From a virus (lineage: Duplodnaviria > Caudoviricetes), in IMG/VR virus record IMGVR_UViG_3300049427_000022, positions 1 through 56,247 of that record: a stretch of DNA of 56,247 nt; one strand, given 5' to 3'. Positions 53,628 through 56,247 of the stretch are shown here, one piece after another; positions within the stretch are counted from its first letter, which is position 1, and the number at the start of each line of letters is the position of its first letter. The notes beneath the pieces were generated by a model. It had not been told where the DNA came from. It ran no database searches and saw only the letters and a list, made by a program, of their open reading frames with translations. The position numbers and the translations under genes were made by a program.

Positions 53628-53747
53628 CATTATCTACAGATAACACTTTCTGTGTTCCCACATAATACCCCCGAATGTTATCTACAGTCAACACAAATAT
53701 CGACAAAATAATAAAATGTTGCCTGTAGAGAACAGTTGCGATATAAT
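53628..53747. promoter_or_regulatory. Immunity switch: three 18-bp operators and divergent promoters
   Basis: CATTATCTACAGATAACA(53628), TGTTATCTACAGTCAACA(53676), TGTTGCCTGTAGAGAACA(53717); leftward TTGACT-18-TATTAT; rightward TTGCCT-17-TATAAT. Confidence 0.85.
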
Positions 53748-53787
53748 GACAATCATAATTTACTTAAAGGAGAATCAGTAAAACACT

Positions 53788-54600
53788 ATGTTTAACAAAG
53801 AGAAGTTTTCTGAATTACTTAAATTAGCGCAAGGTAAAAGATCACTTAATGAATTTGCTCGGCAAGCCGAAGTTTCGAATTCTTATATATCAAACCTTAT
53901 GAATTGTAAAAACGAGAACGCCCCAGAAGCTAAGACGATAAAAAAGATCGCCGACGCCGCGCATAACGAAGTATCATACGCGGATTTGTTAGACGCTGTA
54001 GGGTTGCTCACTCCCGACGTAAAAGAAAAAATAGACCGCCTTACAACATTAAAAGGATTAAACCATGAATACGAGAAAGCCGAAAATGATTTAGTTAGAG
54101 CAAACCGCGACTTAGAAAAAACCACTCATTTAGTAAAAGAAGCAGAAGCCGAATATCAAAACTTATTAGATTTAGAAAAAATGGGTGCTAAAACTGTAGG
54201 TAATTTTATTCGCGTTCCGCTGCTGGGGAATATAGCCGCAGGCCTGCCTATCTTCGCTAGTGAAAACATAATCGAATGGGAATATGTTGCGGATACCTTC
54301 GGGGCCGCAGAAGGCGAGATTTTCTCTTTAGTTGTTAAGGGTGATAGTATGACAGGTTCGCGCATTTACGACGGCGACAAAGTTCTAGTACGAATCCAGC
54401 CCGAAGTATCCGACGGAGAAATAGCAGTAGTAAACGTTGACGGCGAAAATGCAACGCTTAAAAGAGTAAAACACGTAGAGGGAAAAGTGCTATTACTTGC
54501 CGATAACCCTAAATACTCCCCTATCCTGATCGAAAGCGAAAGCGCCAGAGTATGCGGAAAAGTAATTCAAGTTTTATTTGATCCTAACAGAAGGTATTAA
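53788..54600 (+). CDS. cI: CI repressor (XRE HTH, coiled coil, S24 autoprotease)
   Basis: HTH; IAAG cleavage site; GDSM and TLKR catalytic motifs. Confidence 0.92.
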   Translation: MFNKEKFSELLKLAQGKRSLNEFARQAEVSNSYISNLMNCKNENAPEAKTIKKIADAAHNEVSYADLLDAVGLLTPDVKEKIDRLTTLKGLNHEYEKAENDLVRANRDLEKTTHLVKEAEAEYQNLLDLEKMGAKTVGNFIRVPLLGNIAAGLPIFASENIIEWEYVADTFGAAEGEIFSLVVKGDSMTGSRIYDGDKVLVRIQPEVSDGEIAVVNVDGENATLKRVKHVEGKVLLLADNPKYSPILIESESARVCGKVIQVLFDPNRRY

Positions 54601-54612
54601 GGGGGATGGCGT

Positions 54613-56247
54613 ATGCAATCCGTAGCAGAAATACAGGAGATTGCCGACTATTTCAGCCAGCAAAGGGCCGTCTATTACTACAAGCAAGTCCCATCGGGTA
54701 AAGACCTTCGCGTATTTATCTATATCCGGGTTTCAACAAAAATGCAGGAACACCGTTTTTCATTGAAAGGCCAAATACAGGAATTAATCTCATATGCTAA
54801 TAGTATGGGCTGGGTTATCGTGGGGATTTATCGGGATGTAGATACCGGGGGGAAGTTGGACAAAGCGGGCCTAACCCAGTTACTGGACGACGTAGACGAA
54901 GATAAAGGCGACATAGTTCTATGTATCGACCAGGATAGGGTTTCTCGTCTAGATACCGTAAGCTGGGAATACTTAAAAAGCCAGCTGCGCGAAAATAGTG
55001 TAAAGATAGCCGAACCTGGAAAGATAACCGACCTTGCAGACGAAGACGACGAATTCTTCGCTGACCTTAAAAACTTATTCGCCCGCAGGGAAAAGAAAAA
55101 AATTGTTAAACGTATGATGCGCGGTAAACGGCAACGTACGCGGGAAGGTAAAGGCTGGGGTAAAGCGCCCTGGGAATACGATTACGATAAGAATACTGGC
55201 AGCTATAGCATTAACGAGAAATGGGCCTGGATTATACCCTTTATCGACGACTTATACCTAGGCGAAGAAGGCCTAAGCGATACGAATATAGCAATTAGAC
55301 TTACGGAGATAACTAAGACGCCCAGCGGTAAAACCTGGGATTCCCAGCACATAATGCAGCGCCTTACATCTAAGCTTTATCATGGCGTCATGGAAAAGTC
55401 ATTCGGTAACGGCGAAACGATTGTCGTAGAAAATGTCTACCCACCTCTGCGGACAGAAGAAACCTGGCTAAAAATACAGGCGAAACGAAAATCGAAGTAC
55501 CAACGTCGCGCCCCGATATACCCGCATATTCTGCGTAACATTAGTACGACTTGCGGGCATTGTGGAATGAAGCTGACTCTAAAACAAAGCGGCACGAAGA
55601 CCAATATACACTATTATTACCAGCATGGCCGCGAATACAAAGCGACGTATTCCCCAGGCTGCGGTCTATCCATAAATACGATCCGCATAGAATTCAACTT
55701 CGTAGCGGCCTTAAAGGGCATTCTAAGCAGTGAAGAAACCGCGAAGCACTATATACAGTTCGAATACGGACAAAGCGATATAGACCAGCTTACGAAGGAA
55801 ATAGACGCAACGAATAAGCTATTACAGGCTGTCCAGGGGAAAATAGATAACCTTCTGGATTTATACCTGGATGGCGGCTTTACTAAAGACGTTCTGAACT
55901 CTAAAAAGGAAACGCTGGAAAAGGAACGCGATTTACACCAAACGAATAAGCGCCAAATGGAAGCGAAGAAGGAAGCCATAGCGGCGAACCAGTTTAATTA
56001 TTCGACAGTTTACCAGTACCTCGCCGTCGCCGAACGGTTCGAAGTCATGTTAACGGAGAATGAAAAAATGGAAATGGTCGGTACGCTATTCGCCAGCGGC
56101 GTACTATTCGAAGATCGGTACGTACTACAGGGGAACATGGCGGGGATACCTTTCGAAGTCGTAATACCAGTAGCCGACAATCCTTTCGAATTCATGAAAA
56201 ACCCAAGAACGAAAAAGCCCCGCGCTGAAAAGCAGCCAGGGCGATAA
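54613..56247 (+). CDS. int: Large serine integrase
   Basis: YIRVST, DRVSR, recombinase domain, CGHCG Zn ribbon, coiled coil. Confidence 0.95.
   Translation: MQSVAEIQEIADYFSQQRAVYYYKQVPSGKDLRVFIYIRVSTKMQEHRFSLKGQIQELISYANSMGWVIVGIYRDVDTGGKLDKAGLTQLLDDVDEDKGDIVLCIDQDRVSRLDTVSWEYLKSQLRENSVKIAEPGKITDLADEDDEFFADLKNLFARREKKKIVKRMMRGKRQRTREGKGWGKAPWEYDYDKNTGSYSINEKWAWIIPFIDDLYLGEEGLSDTNIAIRLTEITKTPSGKTWDSQHIMQRLTSKLYHGVMEKSFGNGETIVVENVYPPLRTEETWLKIQAKRKSKYQRRAPIYPHILRNISTTCGHCGMKLTLKQSGTKTNIHYYYQHGREYKATYSPGCGLSINTIRIEFNFVAALKGILSSEETAKHYIQFEYGQSDIDQLTKEIDATNKLLQAVQGKIDNLLDLYLDGGFTKDVLNSKKETLEKERDLHQTNKRQMEAKKEAIAANQFNYSTVYQYLAVAERFEVMLTENEKMEMVGTLFASGVLFEDRYVLQGNMAGIPFEVVIPVADNPFEFMKNPRTKKPRAEKQPGR

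Larger units (their letters stand above)
550..56247. mobile_element. Temperate myovirus prophage with serine integrase. Left boundary uncertain; the element may include 1-549.
   Basis: Complete ordered modules: integration, immunity, replication, packaging, head, contractile tail, lysis. Confidence 0.95.

Noticed and set aside
53389-56247. Arbitrium or Rap-Phr signalling
   Set aside because: No TPR receptor or signal-peptide gene near the immunity region
1-56247. tRNA or rRNA genes
   Set aside because: No cloverleaf or rRNA-like segment recognised by eye; a tRNAscan run would be definitive

Overview
Nearly the whole window (~550-56247) is an apparently intact temperate myovirus prophage from a Bacillales host. 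A Paenibacillus-like host is inferred from gene content only. Almost all genes are on the minus strand. From right to left: large serine integrase and LexA-like CI repressor (+ strand); Cro; a replication/recombination block (split SbcC, SbcD, RecU-like resolvase, SF2 helicase, AEP-primase/MCM-helicase fusion, family A DNA polymerase); small accessory genes; late regulator; packaging and head genes (including a MuF protein with a C-terminal HExxH domain); a PBSX-like contractile tail with a -1 frameshifted chaperone; lysis genes; and a terminal accessory block. The window begins with the 5' 149 codons of an mrfA/yprA helicase, which has phage-like codon usage and an SOS box. The most unusual signals: (1) two homologous ~240-bp origin-like elements (G-run/C-run inverted repeat plus a near-identical ~50-bp AT core) in inverted orientation about half a genome apart; (2) a genome-wide family of TAAAG-N4-CTTTA sites extended by 8-bp-phased CTTTA repeats, with a candidate RHH binder; (3) an 18-bp repressor operator found at many sites outside the immunity region; (4) a membrane-protein ORF nested out of frame inside a secreted 3D-domain gene. 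All product calls come from motif recognition by eye; no database searches were run.
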